Shown here in pieces: positions 27,692 through 37,438 of a stretch of 52,621 bases of DNA. The position numbers and the translations under genes were made by a program. This DNA comes from Candidatus Pampinifervens sericum (GTDB lineage: Bacteria > Aquificota > Aquificia > Aquificales > Aquificaceae), in NCBI GenBank assembly GCA_037722135.1, contig JBBKAW010000103.1:20866-73486 (forward strand). Reading direction: 5' to 3'. The notes below the pieces were generated by a model that was not told the origin of the DNA, searched no databases, and was given only the letters and a program-made list of their open reading frames with translations. Positions within the stretch are counted from its first letter, which is position 1. Every line of letters starts with the position of its first letter.

Positions 27692-30410
27692 TTTTGTTCT
27701 CCTTATACCGAACTGTTGTAATTTGTGCTTTGACATTTATGTTCTCAGGCTTGGGCTCAAAACGCAGTTGACATTGGCTTTCTATCGTAAACTCCAAGGG
27801 CACGTTAGCTTGAAGTTGTAAAATATAACCCTTTTCCCCTTTTTGGAAGTTCAACACCCTGCCATTAGCCTCTATGAGATTAAACCTTGGTTTTTCTTCG
27901 CTAAAGACAATTTTGTATTCACCTGAGGAGTCCAAATTTATGTAAGTGGAATTGTTGATATGCCTATAACCTACCACACCTTTACTTCTATCAGTATCAA
28001 TATGCGTTAAGAAATCTACCCTTAATGTTCTTAAAGTTCCACCACCACGCAGAAGCATTGAGTTATCCCTTATATCCTCAAGTAGTGCAAAGTTTCTATA
28101 CTCAAGAACTTTTTGAGCGTATTCGGAAAGATAAATAGGATTTGGACTTTGAGCAAGAGCCCATTCATAGACCCTTTTTAAAGCTTCCAAAGAAGCTATT
28201 TTTTGTCCAGAATACATGTGGTAGTATATATTCAATGGTTTAAGCCTATAAGGTCTTTCTGTAAGTTCAAAAGTGTCTATAACCCTTACAAAGCCGTAGT
28301 AGTCTGTCCATAACCTTGTATATATGTTTTCATTCATTATAGGAGCATATATCTGAAAGTATTCTCCCTTATTGACACCCATAGGACCTATATACATCCA
28401 GAAAGGTTCCTTTCTGTTTATCCACGTATAACCACCGTTTACATTATACACACCAGCTTCGTAGGTCATCCTTATGGCTCTCTCGGATGGGTTCGTATCA
28501 CCAGACCAAAGAAATACCTTTACTCTCTTACCTTCAGGTGCAAGCCTTGTATTTATGTATTCTATGGACCCGAAAATTTCTCTACGCAGGTCAAAATTAT
28601 AGCCCTTTATGGGAAGGTTATATTGAACATTTGGATTAATTTCTCCGCCTTCAACTTCATAAGACTCTAATTCTTGCCATATAAATGGGTGGGAAAAGGT
28701 ATGGGATGCTATTTCCACGTTATCTAAGGCAAATATAGACCTTGCTATTGTCTCAAGCCTTTCGGATTTTTCCGGGTATAGACCATATGGAGCTATCTCG
28801 CCTTCAATTATGGAAACAGTATGAGGTATAGGATAGCGTTTGATTATCTCATCTCTTATCACTTCTGCTACGTTTCTTGAAGGATTAAAATCCGCATTGC
28901 CAAAAAAGGCATCCCCGTCTATATGCACTATCAGCAGTCTTCTACCATTTTCTGTAGTAGTGTCTGGAATAAGAGGCATAGGTTCAAAAATCCTGCTAAG
29001 GAATTTTACCGGCTCAACTACAAACAAACGAAATTCATCGGATACGCTTATAAATGAACCTGTAAGGGCATAACCTCCCCAGTCAGTTATAGCAAGAGGG
29101 TAGAATATTTTATTCCCAGCCTTTACTTTTATGTAATAATTGGCTCTCTCGGGAACTATCATGGGTATATTTTCTAAAAGAGGTTTAGCTTCAAAAAACT
29201 CAAAGGAACTTTCTACTATTTCATACCTCTGTCCAGCTCTCAAAGCACCTACCTTTCTAAGCGCAAAGGTGTTTAGAAATCTACTTTCTTCAGGAAATCC
29301 AAAGGTGTTTAAAAAGAATATCTTTAATCCCTCTTTTCGTTTATCTACTAACCACTTAAAAAGCTTCTCCCCTTCATCATATGTTGCAACATCTACAACT
29401 ATTCCTGCATATATATCAGCCATATGGTAGTTCAACCTATCATCTGAGAGAGCTTGCTTTACTTCCATTATAACTGGCACGTATCCTATATACTCCAACC
29501 AAGGTTGTATAAGTCTGTTTACCACAGTGAAAGAAGGGTCCTTGTAGAGTTTACTGTTGTATAGCATAAGTATTCTTCTTGGTTTCAGCTTGTATGTGGA
29601 TATCCCAAGAGTTCTTAAATATTTATCAGAAACGTAGGGTATAAAACCAAGCTCGTATATCTGCTTTGCCACTTCAATCTGTAGTTTTTTATTCTTTGGG
29701 TCTACGTAATCTATAACTATAACCTTGTATCCAAGTTCCTTTGCGGTTTTTAGCTTAGACAAGAGCCATTCTGTATCCTCTGGCTTCATCTTTTTGTATA
29801 TCTTTTTCTTGTCATAACTAATGCCATAAAAAAGGGACTCTGCCACTATAGCGTCCGCATATCCTTTAACATCTTCCATTATCTCAAAGCCTCTATTGAG
29901 TAGTATTAATTTATCAGGATATTTATTCCTAATACTCTTTACCAACTTTGTTAGGTTTTCTCGAGCTTTTTGAAGGTCTTGGGGATTTTTCAGGAAAAGT
30001 TGATGACTATCAAGAGTATCTAAGAAAAATCCGTCAAATGCCTCTAAGCGTGGAAAAACTCTATCCAAAAGAAACTTTATATATTCCTCTTTCCTTATAT
30101 CCACCACGTAAGAATTCCATACTTCATTCTTTCCAAGAATCCATTCCTTGGGTATTTCCTTATAGTATTCCCTATAAGGTTCAGCCTCTCCAACGCTTAC
30201 GTAAGCTATGAGCTTTGCTTTTCTGTTTTTAAGATAGAAGGTAGTCATAACCTTTTTTGTATGTTCACTGTCTGGGTCTACTACGAGCCAATCAAATACA
30301 TAAAGAGCTTCCTCCGGTATAGGGTCTCCATAAATCATGAAGCCAACAGACATATCTTTTGCAAATGCTCTAAAACTAAATATGCATAAAAGTATAATAA
30401 TGAATATCAT
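27660..30410 (-). CDS. pelA: PelA: bifunctional glycoside hydrolase (GH114/GH166-like) / polysaccharide deacetylase
   Basis: AYVSVGE, GFFLDTLDS, NRGFE in the N-domain; PDTTTENGRRLLIVHIDGD and ASHTFSHPF in the deacetylase domain. Confidence 0.92.
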   Translation of the reverse strand: MIFIIILLCIFSFRAFAKDMSVGFMIYGDPIPEEALYVFDWLVVDPDSEHTKKVMTTFYLKNRKAKLIAYVSVGEAEPYREYYKEIPKEWILGKNEVWNSYVVDIRKEEYIKFLLDRVFPRLEAFDGFFLDTLDSHQLFLKNPQDLQKARENLTKLVKSIRNKYPDKLILLNRGFEIMEDVKGYADAIVAESLFYGISYDKKKIYKKMKPEDTEWLLSKLKTAKELGYKVIVIDYVDPKNKKLQIEVAKQIYELGFIPYVSDKYLRTLGISTYKLKPRRILMLYNSKLYKDPSFTVVNRLIQPWLEYIGYVPVIMEVKQALSDDRLNYHMADIYAGIVVDVATYDEGEKLFKWLVDKRKEGLKIFFLNTFGFPEESRFLNTFALRKVGALRAGQRYEIVESSFEFFEAKPLLENIPMIVPERANYYIKVKAGNKIFYPLAITDWGGYALTGSFISVSDEFRLFVVEPVKFLSRIFEPMPLIPDTTTENGRRLLIVHIDGDAFFGNADFNPSRNVAEVIRDEIIKRYPIPHTVSIIEGEIAPYGLYPEKSERLETIARSIFALDNVEIASHTFSHPFIWQELESYEVEGGEINPNVQYNLPIKGYNFDLRREIFGSIEYINTRLAPEGKRVKVFLWSGDTNPSERAIRMTYEAGVYNVNGGYTWINRKEPFWMYIGPMGVNKGEYFQIYAPIMNENIYTRLWTDYYGFVRVIDTFELTERPYRLKPLNIYYHMYSGQKIASLEALKRVYEWALAQSPNPIYLSEYAQKVLEYRNFALLEDIRDNSMLLRGGGTLRTLRVDFLTHIDTDRSKGVVGYRHINNSTYINLDSSGEYKIVFSEEKPRFNLIEANGRVLNFQKGEKGYILQLQANVPLEFTIESQCQLRFEPKPENINVKAQITTVRYKENKNARIEAYCKK

Positions 30411-31746
30411 GGAGAAACCTCCTCAGTAGTATTACTCCAATAATTATACTCAACATAGTTGCTACTGCAAAGCCATATCCATAAAAATAAGGTCCTAAGT
30501 ATATACTGAGCAAGCTTAGACCTGAATTACTAACCGCATACACAAAGGTTGTTATCAGTGCATAAGTTAGTCTATCAAAATAAAACATGAGAGCAATGAG
30601 GCTAAGTAAAACCACTTGTAAGGAGGTTCCAAGAAGAAGGATGTCAAAGAGAGGTATGTATACCTTCGGCAGTCTAAACAAAGTAAAAAGTTGTTCCTGC
30701 ATTATGATAATAAATACGCTGAAAATAGCCTGTATTCTGAAGGTATCTAACAACACACCTCTTGCGGAGCTAATAAGTTCATCTCCATACAAATATATCT
30801 TATCTAACAGAGCTCCACCTCTCACTGCATCATAATATTTATCGTAATGTTCTGCAAACTCCCACTCAATCTTGAGAAACATAGCGGATATACCAGGAGC
30901 TATAGAAAGATAGGCTAAAAATATAGGAATATCATAGACAATGGAGTAGCTCAAAGGACCAAGAGCTTCTGTGCTGGTATAGGGATGAAACCAAAACACC
31001 AGTTTGTCCGCCCATATACCTAAATTGTAGAAAAAGCCTGTTAATATAAGGCTTCTATATTTGTCCTCTTTTATGAATTCAAAGGACAGTAGCCTATCCG
31101 AATAGTAGTTTCTAATAGTATACGCAAAAAGCATAAAAAACAGAATTGAATTAGAAAGGGTAAAAGTAAACATAAGACCAGTCAGACCGTATTTTATAAA
31201 GTAAAGGGATGTTATAAGAAATATGCTGTAGCTAAATGCATAGGAAAAAAGAATATATTTGTAGCTTTTAAAGCCAGTAAGAATGGTGTTTAATGTCCAT
31301 ATACACATAAAAAGAGTAAAACATAAAGTAAACAAGAAAGCAAAAATATAACTCGTATAAGGTGCAAGAGCCAATAGGCTAAATATAAGAGATAGTATAA
31401 AACCTGCTGAAGCGTTTAATATTATAGCAGACATAAGATTGGGGATAATAGCATCATACCTTTTTGCAAAAATCATATCCGCAAGAAATCTTATTAGGTA
31501 TAAATTGGTGAAACCACTAAGGATAAGGCTGAAGGCTATTATGTAAGTTATCACCACTTGAAACTGGGTGAGTTGAGTTGAATCTTTAACAAAGTAGCTT
31601 CCAATGAAATTTACAAGAAGTAGAGAGGTTATAGTTATAATGTATGGACCCGAGCTCAAGGCAAGAGAATATCCAAAAGCGGTAAATATAGAAGTTATGC
31701 TTCTTCTCCTTAATATCTTCTTAAGTTCAAAAGCTATGCCTGCCAT
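30376..31746 (-). CDS. pelG: PelG exopolysaccharide exporter
   Basis: MAGIAFELKK start, SSGP, GIWADK.VFW, YDIPIFLAYL, C-terminal YGYGF. Confidence 0.93.
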   Translation of the reverse strand: MAGIAFELKKILRRRSITSIFTAFGYSLALSSGPYIITITSLLLVNFIGSYFVKDSTQLTQFQVVITYIIAFSLILSGFTNLYLIRFLADMIFAKRYDAIIPNLMSAIILNASAGFILSLIFSLLALAPYTSYIFAFLFTLCFTLFMCIWTLNTILTGFKSYKYILFSYAFSYSIFLITSLYFIKYGLTGLMFTFTLSNSILFFMLFAYTIRNYYSDRLLSFEFIKEDKYRSLILTGFFYNLGIWADKLVFWFHPYTSTEALGPLSYSIVYDIPIFLAYLSIAPGISAMFLKIEWEFAEHYDKYYDAVRGGALLDKIYLYGDELISSARGVLLDTFRIQAIFSVFIIIMQEQLFTLFRLPKVYIPLFDILLLGTSLQVVLLSLIALMFYFDRLTYALITTFVYAVSNSGLSLLSIYLGPYFYGYGFAVATMLSIIIGVILLRRFLHDIHYYTFMHI

Positions 31747-33245
31747 GATAGAAACCCGCTATAAAGCTTCCTGTAGTTTTCTAAGAAAGCCTCTCTTGAA
31801 TAAAATCTTTTAACTCTTTCTAATGCTGTTTTTTGGCAACTTTTCCACAGACTTTCATCAGTTAAGAGTTTTGCATAACTTTCCGCTAATCCATTGGCAT
31901 CTTTTACTGATACCACTTCTCCCGCTTTACCAAGTTTTATATCTTCTTCATTTAACCCACCGTATATGAGTTGCCTACAAGAACCTACGTCAGTAGCAAC
32001 ACATGGAACTCCTCCTGCAAAACCTTCAAGAACCGTATAGGGCATGCCTTCGCTTATAGAAGTAAGCGTAAGGAGTCCTACTTTAGGTAGAATATCTTCT
32101 ACCCTTTGGAAACCTAAGAATTTCACCTTTTCCTCAAGACCCAACACCTTCACAAGATATAGACACTCCGCGTAATACTCTGGGTCTTCATCCGTAGGAC
32201 CTACTACCCATCCTTCTGCCTCAGGGATTTTTTCAACCAAGAGCTTCATAGCTTTTATAAAGGTTTTTATGTCCTTTATGGGAACCACCCTTCCAATAAG
32301 GGCTACAACTTTTGGAATATGTGGTGGTCTACGTTTATATGCTTCAAGGAGCTTGTTTACATTCACACCGTTTGGAATCACTATGCACTTTTCTGGGTCC
32401 GCACCGTAAGATATCTGGATTTCGCGAGCTCCATTAAAAAGAGATATGATGATATCTGCCTCCGCATAGGCTACTTTTCCTAAGTGTATAAAGAACCTGG
32501 TCCAAACTCTCTTCATCGCAGAAAGCCCAACAGAGCCTTTATATAGTAGGAGCTTTTCATCCGATAACCAGGGGGCGTTCATAAGGTCTATTTTTCTTTC
32601 TCTTGTGTATATACCATGCTCGGTTAATATAAAGGGTTTTTTTCTGGACCTCTTTAAGAGAGCGGATAAAAAACCTGCATACCCCGTAGAAGGACTGTGA
32701 ACTAAGTCAAAATCACCTACCTCCTTAGCTATTTGTGCAACTACCCATAGAGGTGTATGTAGATTTCGCACATTCCAAAAGTAGTCTACGAAGGGTTCAG
32801 TAGCTCCGTACTTTGAATACATATTTACTATGTGCTCCCATGCCCTTTTAGAATACAAAAAATCTTCATATTTAACCTCGTTTGTAAAAAAGTTTTCATC
32901 TATTAGGTTTATTATAGCTTCAGATTTATCATCCTTGAGCAATTTATGAAGTTTTTCAATTATGGTGAAAGCTTCCTTATCACCTTCTATATAGCGCGGT
33001 TTTGGTTTTTCCTTTTCCTCAAAGAGATAGAATGCGGAAAGATATACAAGATTTTCAGGAAGGTTATACCTTATGCCTTCGTAATCTTCTCGTCTACTAC
33101 CTAAAAATACTACTCCAAATTTAATCTCCTCCATACCCCTTATGAGGTCATCTATCCAAGTGGAAACTCCACCCCTTATATATGGGTAAGTTCCCTCTGC
33201 TATTAGCAATACCTGTGGTTTATCCTTGTTTAGAATTAGCTCCAT
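31734..33245 (-). CDS. pelF: PelF GT4 glycosyltransferase
   Basis: EGTYPYIRGGVSTW, HSPSTGYAG, LTEHGIYTRER, GRVVPIKDIKTFI, TSISEG. Confidence 0.95.
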   Translation of the reverse strand: MELILNKDKPQVLLIAEGTYPYIRGGVSTWIDDLIRGMEEIKFGVVFLGSRREDYEGIRYNLPENLVYLSAFYLFEEKEKPKPRYIEGDKEAFTIIEKLHKLLKDDKSEAIINLIDENFFTNEVKYEDFLYSKRAWEHIVNMYSKYGATEPFVDYFWNVRNLHTPLWVVAQIAKEVGDFDLVHSPSTGYAGFLSALLKRSRKKPFILTEHGIYTRERKIDLMNAPWLSDEKLLLYKGSVGLSAMKRVWTRFFIHLGKVAYAEADIIISLFNGAREIQISYGADPEKCIVIPNGVNVNKLLEAYKRRPPHIPKVVALIGRVVPIKDIKTFIKAMKLLVEKIPEAEGWVVGPTDEDPEYYAECLYLVKVLGLEEKVKFLGFQRVEDILPKVGLLTLTSISEGMPYTVLEGFAGGVPCVATDVGSCRQLIYGGLNEEDIKLGKAGEVVSVKDANGLAESYAKLLTDESLWKSCQKTALERVKRFYSREAFLENYRKLYSGFLSWQA

Positions 33246-34248
33246 TTTTCCTCACCCAAAAGTCTATAACATATATTAGATTAGGATTTATAGTATACCT
33301 TAAGCTATCTGAGTATTTTTGTATTACATTTCTAACTTCAGAAATATTTCCGCTTCCAAAGTATGCCTCCGCTATATAGGGAACATACTTAACTGGATTT
33401 ACATATTTATATAGGCTCACCTTATTTAAAGTCTCTATAGCCTTTGAGTATTCCTTTTTCGCTATATATATCTTTCCAAGAAGTATGTAAAACTCTGGTG
33501 CATCCTTTATGTTCATAGCTTTGTATATATACTCTTCAGCTTTTTGTAGTGTAACAATTTCTAATTCCTTATCTACAAGCTTGTAGTAGACGAGGTCGTA
33601 ATAGCTCTGTGAGAGTTCAAAAAATAAATAAGCTTTATCTTCCTTACTTGATTCTAACCTTTCAAGTAGATGCTTTATTCTTTCTTGTATGCTATTTTCA
33701 AGCTTGTAGTATAAAGACGTTATGGAGAGTCTTAATTCTTCATCTCTACGACTTATCAACTTTGAAACGACCTCAATTAATTTTGGATTTTTTACCTCAG
33801 CCATGACAAGATGTATAAGCTCTAACCTACTTCTTGGAACATTATCAAATATGATAGAGTATAAAGGTGTTTCGCCGAAAAGATTAACCTTTGGTGGCAC
33901 TCTGTCAGCTAAAAGTTCATACAATGAAAAGCTCTTTATGTTATCTTCTGTAATGTTTTTTTGATATCTTAGAAGGTAAAAAACTGCTACAACTAATAAA
34001 ACATAACCTACCACAAATAAGAAGAAACCAATTAGAGTAAGCGATATAAATGCTCCCGCAATTCTCTTTTTATCTTTCTTATACCTCTCTGGTAATAGAT
34101 GTATCAATACATTTACAATTGAAAAGCATGCAATAAAATGAAGAAAAATCAATAAAAATAGCTGATATGCACTTTTTAGAAATATAAGGTTTGCTATAGC
34201 AGCTATTTCAAGAAAAAGGGAGTAATAAATTCCTTTTCGTACCATCAT
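33220..34248 (-). CDS. pelE: PelE-like inner-membrane TPR protein
   Basis: N-terminal TM segments, DEELRL, LSQSYYDLVYYKL, C-terminal TPRs; position in the pel cluster. Confidence 0.75.
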   Translation of the reverse strand: MMVRKGIYYSLFLEIAAIANLIFLKSAYQLFLLIFLHFIACFSIVNVLIHLLPERYKKDKKRIAGAFISLTLIGFFLFVVGYVLLVVAVFYLLRYQKNITEDNIKSFSLYELLADRVPPKVNLFGETPLYSIIFDNVPRSRLELIHLVMAEVKNPKLIEVVSKLISRRDEELRLSITSLYYKLENSIQERIKHLLERLESSKEDKAYLFFELSQSYYDLVYYKLVDKELEIVTLQKAEEYIYKAMNIKDAPEFYILLGKIYIAKKEYSKAIETLNKVSLYKYVNPVKYVPYIAEAYFGSGNISEVRNVIQKYSDSLRYTINPNLIYVIDFWVRKNGANSKQG

Positions 34249-34285
34249 TATATGTATTATTCTACAACAGGCGGTAGAAAATAAA

Positions 34286-34332
34286 AAATGTGATTTTAGT
34301 CATATCAGTTCAGTGTTTCTCTCCAGTATAAT
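34286..34332 (+). promoter_or_regulatory. pelC promoter with a Crp/Fnr-type box at the class II position
   Basis: AAATGTGA-TTTTAG-TCATA (TGTGA 34289-34293, TCATA 34300-34304); TATAAT 34327-34332; no good -35; SD GGAGGT before ATG 34351. Confidence 0.6.
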
Positions 34333-34350
34333 TAATGACGGGAGGTAAAC

Positions 34351-34854
34351 ATGAAAAAAGTGATTTTAGTAATAGTCAGTTTGGTGCTTCTCTCTTGCTC
34401 ATCAATGGTGGAGAATGTACAAAGAGGTTTAGAAAAGGGACCAACCTTTGCGGTCATACCCTTTGAAAATAACACAGAGACGCCTTTGGCGGGACTAAGG
34501 GTTGCCTCTATTGCAGAAGGTGTTGCTTCTTCAAAGGGGTATAATGTTAAGAGGGTTATAACTTATGAACAAAAGGAATATACACAGGAAGATATTATGA
34601 ATATAATTAACACTCTTAAGGATAAAAATATAGACTATGTTATAACAGGCTCAGTGAACGAATTTAGATACAAGGCGGGAATAGACGGAGAGCCTGCGGT
34701 AAGTATAACTCTGAGAATATTTTCTTTAAAAGAGGATAAATGGGTTTATGTAGCAACCGCATCAAGGAGTGGTTGGTATTTTCAATCTGTATCTACTTTG
34801 GCACAAAGTATATTAAACAGAATAATTCCTACCACAGATGTTTTCAGTAGGTAA
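34351..34854 (+). CDS. pelC: PelC outer-membrane lipoprotein
   Basis: Lipobox LLSC, PFENNTETPLAGLR, GSVNEFRYKAGIDGEPAV. Confidence 0.92.
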   Translation: MKKVILVIVSLVLLSCSSMVENVQRGLEKGPTFAVIPFENNTETPLAGLRVASIAEGVASSKGYNVKRVITYEQKEYTQEDIMNIINTLKDKNIDYVITGSVNEFRYKAGIDGEPAVSITLRIFSLKEDKWVYVATASRSGWYFQSVSTLAQSILNRIIPTTDVFSR

Positions 34855-36163
34855 CTTACTCAAAAACAGGTTTAGAGTTGACAAAGATTTATTAGATGGT
34901 AAGACAGAAATAAATGTAAAGTTAGCTTTAGCAGAAGTTTTACTTTTTGTTGGTTTCATTTACCTTTTAGGCTTCCTTTTTAACAAAGAAGATCCCTTAT
35001 TTGTAAATAGCAGCTTTTCTATAGTAATCCATACGCTACCTTTGGTAGTGCTAACCTTGTTTTATGGATTCTTAATAGGCTCAGTATACATGATAATATT
35101 TGCTACAGTTAAATACCTTATTTACGGAAAGCTTGATACTTTACACTTGCTATACATTTTTCTATACCTTTTAGTGCTTTCTGAGTTTCATTTCTATTGG
35201 AATAGAAAAATAAAAAGTTTACTGGAAAAGGCAGAATATATAGAGGATAGATTAAGGGATGTTGGAAGAGCTTTGTATCTAACAAAGCTTTCACATGATA
35301 GATTAGAAAGCTATTACATAGCTAGGCCTATAAGTATAAGAGGTTTTATAGAAGAGTTGCGAAGGGATATGCTTAAAGGTATTAGTTTGGAAGAACTTCT
35401 AAAGAGAGCGGTGCAATTTATTGGTAGTATTTATACAATAGAAAAGGGTGGGCTTTTTAAGATAAATGGAAATAAATTTGAAAATGTGGTAAAGTTAGGG
35501 GGTATGGAAGAGCTAAATCCTAAAGATAGCTTAATACAGAAGGCTTTGGAAAAAGGAGAGACCACTTATGTAAGTGATTTATTGCCAGAATCCACAAGTA
35601 AATATCTGTGTGCTATACCTTTACCTATGGAAGGCGGAAATTATTATCTTTTTGTTATAGAAAGAATGCCTTTTTTTAATTTAAATGTTGACAATATATT
35701 GTCTATTAATGCTATTTTGGATTACATATTGTTTAGCTACCACAACTTTAGTAGCCTAAGTGACTTGCATTCGCGTTTTGGTTGGATAAGCCTTGATATG
35801 CTTAGAGAAATTGTAAAGTGTGCATACTTGAAAGAAAAATACAATATAGATTCAAGCATAGTAGTTTTTAAACCTAAAAAGTGGGACGAGTCCATATATT
35901 ATCTATTATTTACGGTAAGGAGTTTGGATTTAGTAGATAGATGTGAAAATTTAGGAATAATGGTGCTTTTACCCTTTACGAATCAAGCAGGTGCATATGG
36001 CTTCCTAAGAAGATTTGAAGGAGTTTTGCAGGATTTTAAATCTGCCAGTTTTGGTCAGCTTGGTATTCATCACAACATATACGAAATTAAGGAAGTGAAT
36101 ACACTTCTCATGGAAATAGAGGAATTTCTGTTTAATTCAGTTAATGTGGTGGATAGAGCATAG
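34838..36163 (+). CDS. pelD: PelD c-di-GMP receptor (TM + GAF + degenerate GGDEF)
   Basis: TM segments, LKLSHDRLE-like motif, GAF-like region, RSLD (RxxD) followed by LLPFT. Confidence 0.87.
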   Translation: MFSVGNLLKNRFRVDKDLLDGKTEINVKLALAEVLLFVGFIYLLGFLFNKEDPLFVNSSFSIVIHTLPLVVLTLFYGFLIGSVYMIIFATVKYLIYGKLDTLHLLYIFLYLLVLSEFHFYWNRKIKSLLEKAEYIEDRLRDVGRALYLTKLSHDRLESYYIARPISIRGFIEELRRDMLKGISLEELLKRAVQFIGSIYTIEKGGLFKINGNKFENVVKLGGMEELNPKDSLIQKALEKGETTYVSDLLPESTSKYLCAIPLPMEGGNYYLFVIERMPFFNLNVDNILSINAILDYILFSYHNFSSLSDLHSRFGWISLDMLREIVKCAYLKEKYNIDSSIVVFKPKKWDESIYYLLFTVRSLDLVDRCENLGIMVLLPFTNQAGAYGFLRRFEGVLQDFKSASFGQLGIHHNIYEIKEVNTLLMEIEEFLFNSVNVVDRA

Positions 36164-37259
36164 TCTTGAAGATATAAAGCTTAATAATTTGTATCGTACA
36201 CGCTTTTTAAAAGAAGGTCTTTTAGATTTTTGCTCCAATGACTACCTTGCACTGAAAGACCATCCTGAGGTAATTGAGGAGAGTGCAAGGGTTCTTAGAA
36301 GTTATGGACTTGGGTCTGGTGCTTCCGCACTTGTGTCTGGATATACAAAGTATCATAAAGAGCTTGAAGACAAACTATCCGAGTTTAAGTCTACACCTTG
36401 CTGTGTTCTTTTTGGTTCTGGTTATCTTGCTAACCTTGGCACTATACCTACCCTTGTGGGAGAAGGGGACCTTTTATTGAGCGATGAGTTTAACCATGCC
36501 AGCATCATAGATGCCTGTAGGCTTTCTAAAGCTAAGGTGCTCGTATATAAGCACAGAAACTACCAGCATCTTGAGGAGCTTCTCAGCAGTTATAGGAAAG
36601 ACTATAGGAGATGCCTTATAGTTACGGATACAGTTTTTAGCATGGATGGCGATATTGCGGATATTAGGACACTAAAAAGGTATGCGGAAGCATTTGACTG
36701 CATGCTCTATCTTGATGAAGCCCATGCAACGGGTGTCCTTGGACCTTCTGGGAAAGGTGGTCTTGAAGAGTTTGGAGAGTCTTGGGAAGAGTATATAGTG
36801 GTTATGGGCACTCTATCAAAGGCGATAGGCTCATATGGTGCCTTTGTATGTGGTTCTAAGGTTTTATGTGATTATCTGGTAAACAAGGCAAGGAGTTTGA
36901 TATTTTCTACATCTCTTCCTCCTGCGGTATGTGCTGGTGCAAAAAAGGCTATAGAGATTATCCAGCGAGAAAGCTGGAGGGTAAAAAAGCTAAGAGAGAT
37001 AAGCCAGTTGATATACAGTAGACTTTCCACATTTGGACTTGAGGTGTTCTTTCACCATACTCCTATTCTACCTATAATGGTTTACGAAGAAACCAAAGCA
37101 TTAGACTTGAGAGATAAACTCCTTGAGCAGGGAATACTTATACAAGCTATAAGATATCCAACTGTTCCAAAGGGTATGGCAAGACTAAGACTCACTGCCA
37201 CCTTAAGATACACGAGGGATGACCTTAAAAGGCTCTTTAAAGCCTTTGAAAAGCCTTAA
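36144..37259 (+). CDS. bioF: 8-amino-7-oxononanoate synthase
   Basis: FCSNDYL, NHASIIDA, FSMDGD, DEAHA, GTLSKA. Confidence 0.94.
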   Translation: MWWIEHSLEDIKLNNLYRTRFLKEGLLDFCSNDYLALKDHPEVIEESARVLRSYGLGSGASALVSGYTKYHKELEDKLSEFKSTPCCVLFGSGYLANLGTIPTLVGEGDLLLSDEFNHASIIDACRLSKAKVLVYKHRNYQHLEELLSSYRKDYRRCLIVTDTVFSMDGDIADIRTLKRYAEAFDCMLYLDEAHATGVLGPSGKGGLEEFGESWEEYIVVMGTLSKAIGSYGAFVCGSKVLCDYLVNKARSLIFSTSLPPAVCAGAKKAIEIIQRESWRVKKLREISQLIYSRLSTFGLEVFFHHTPILPIMVYEETKALDLRDKLLEQGILIQAIRYPTVPKGMARLRLTATLRYTRDDLKRLFKAFEKP

Positions 37260-37438
37260 CCCCCTCCCACCCCTTTGGTCCCTCCCATACCCATCTTCTA
37301 ACTTCCCTCACAAGATTTATTGTATCATCAAGCACCACATCGGGTGAGTTTTGATATTATAGCGATGTTATACAAAGACTAACTGTCAGAAAAATTCCAA
37401 GACAACAATGCGAAAAATGTCGTATAATCTTCTACCCA

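Noticed and set aside
23900-36170. att sites, direct repeats or mobility genes at the Pel block boundaries
   Set aside because: None could be identified. The block ends overlap dsbC and bioF, so it is not called a mobile element.
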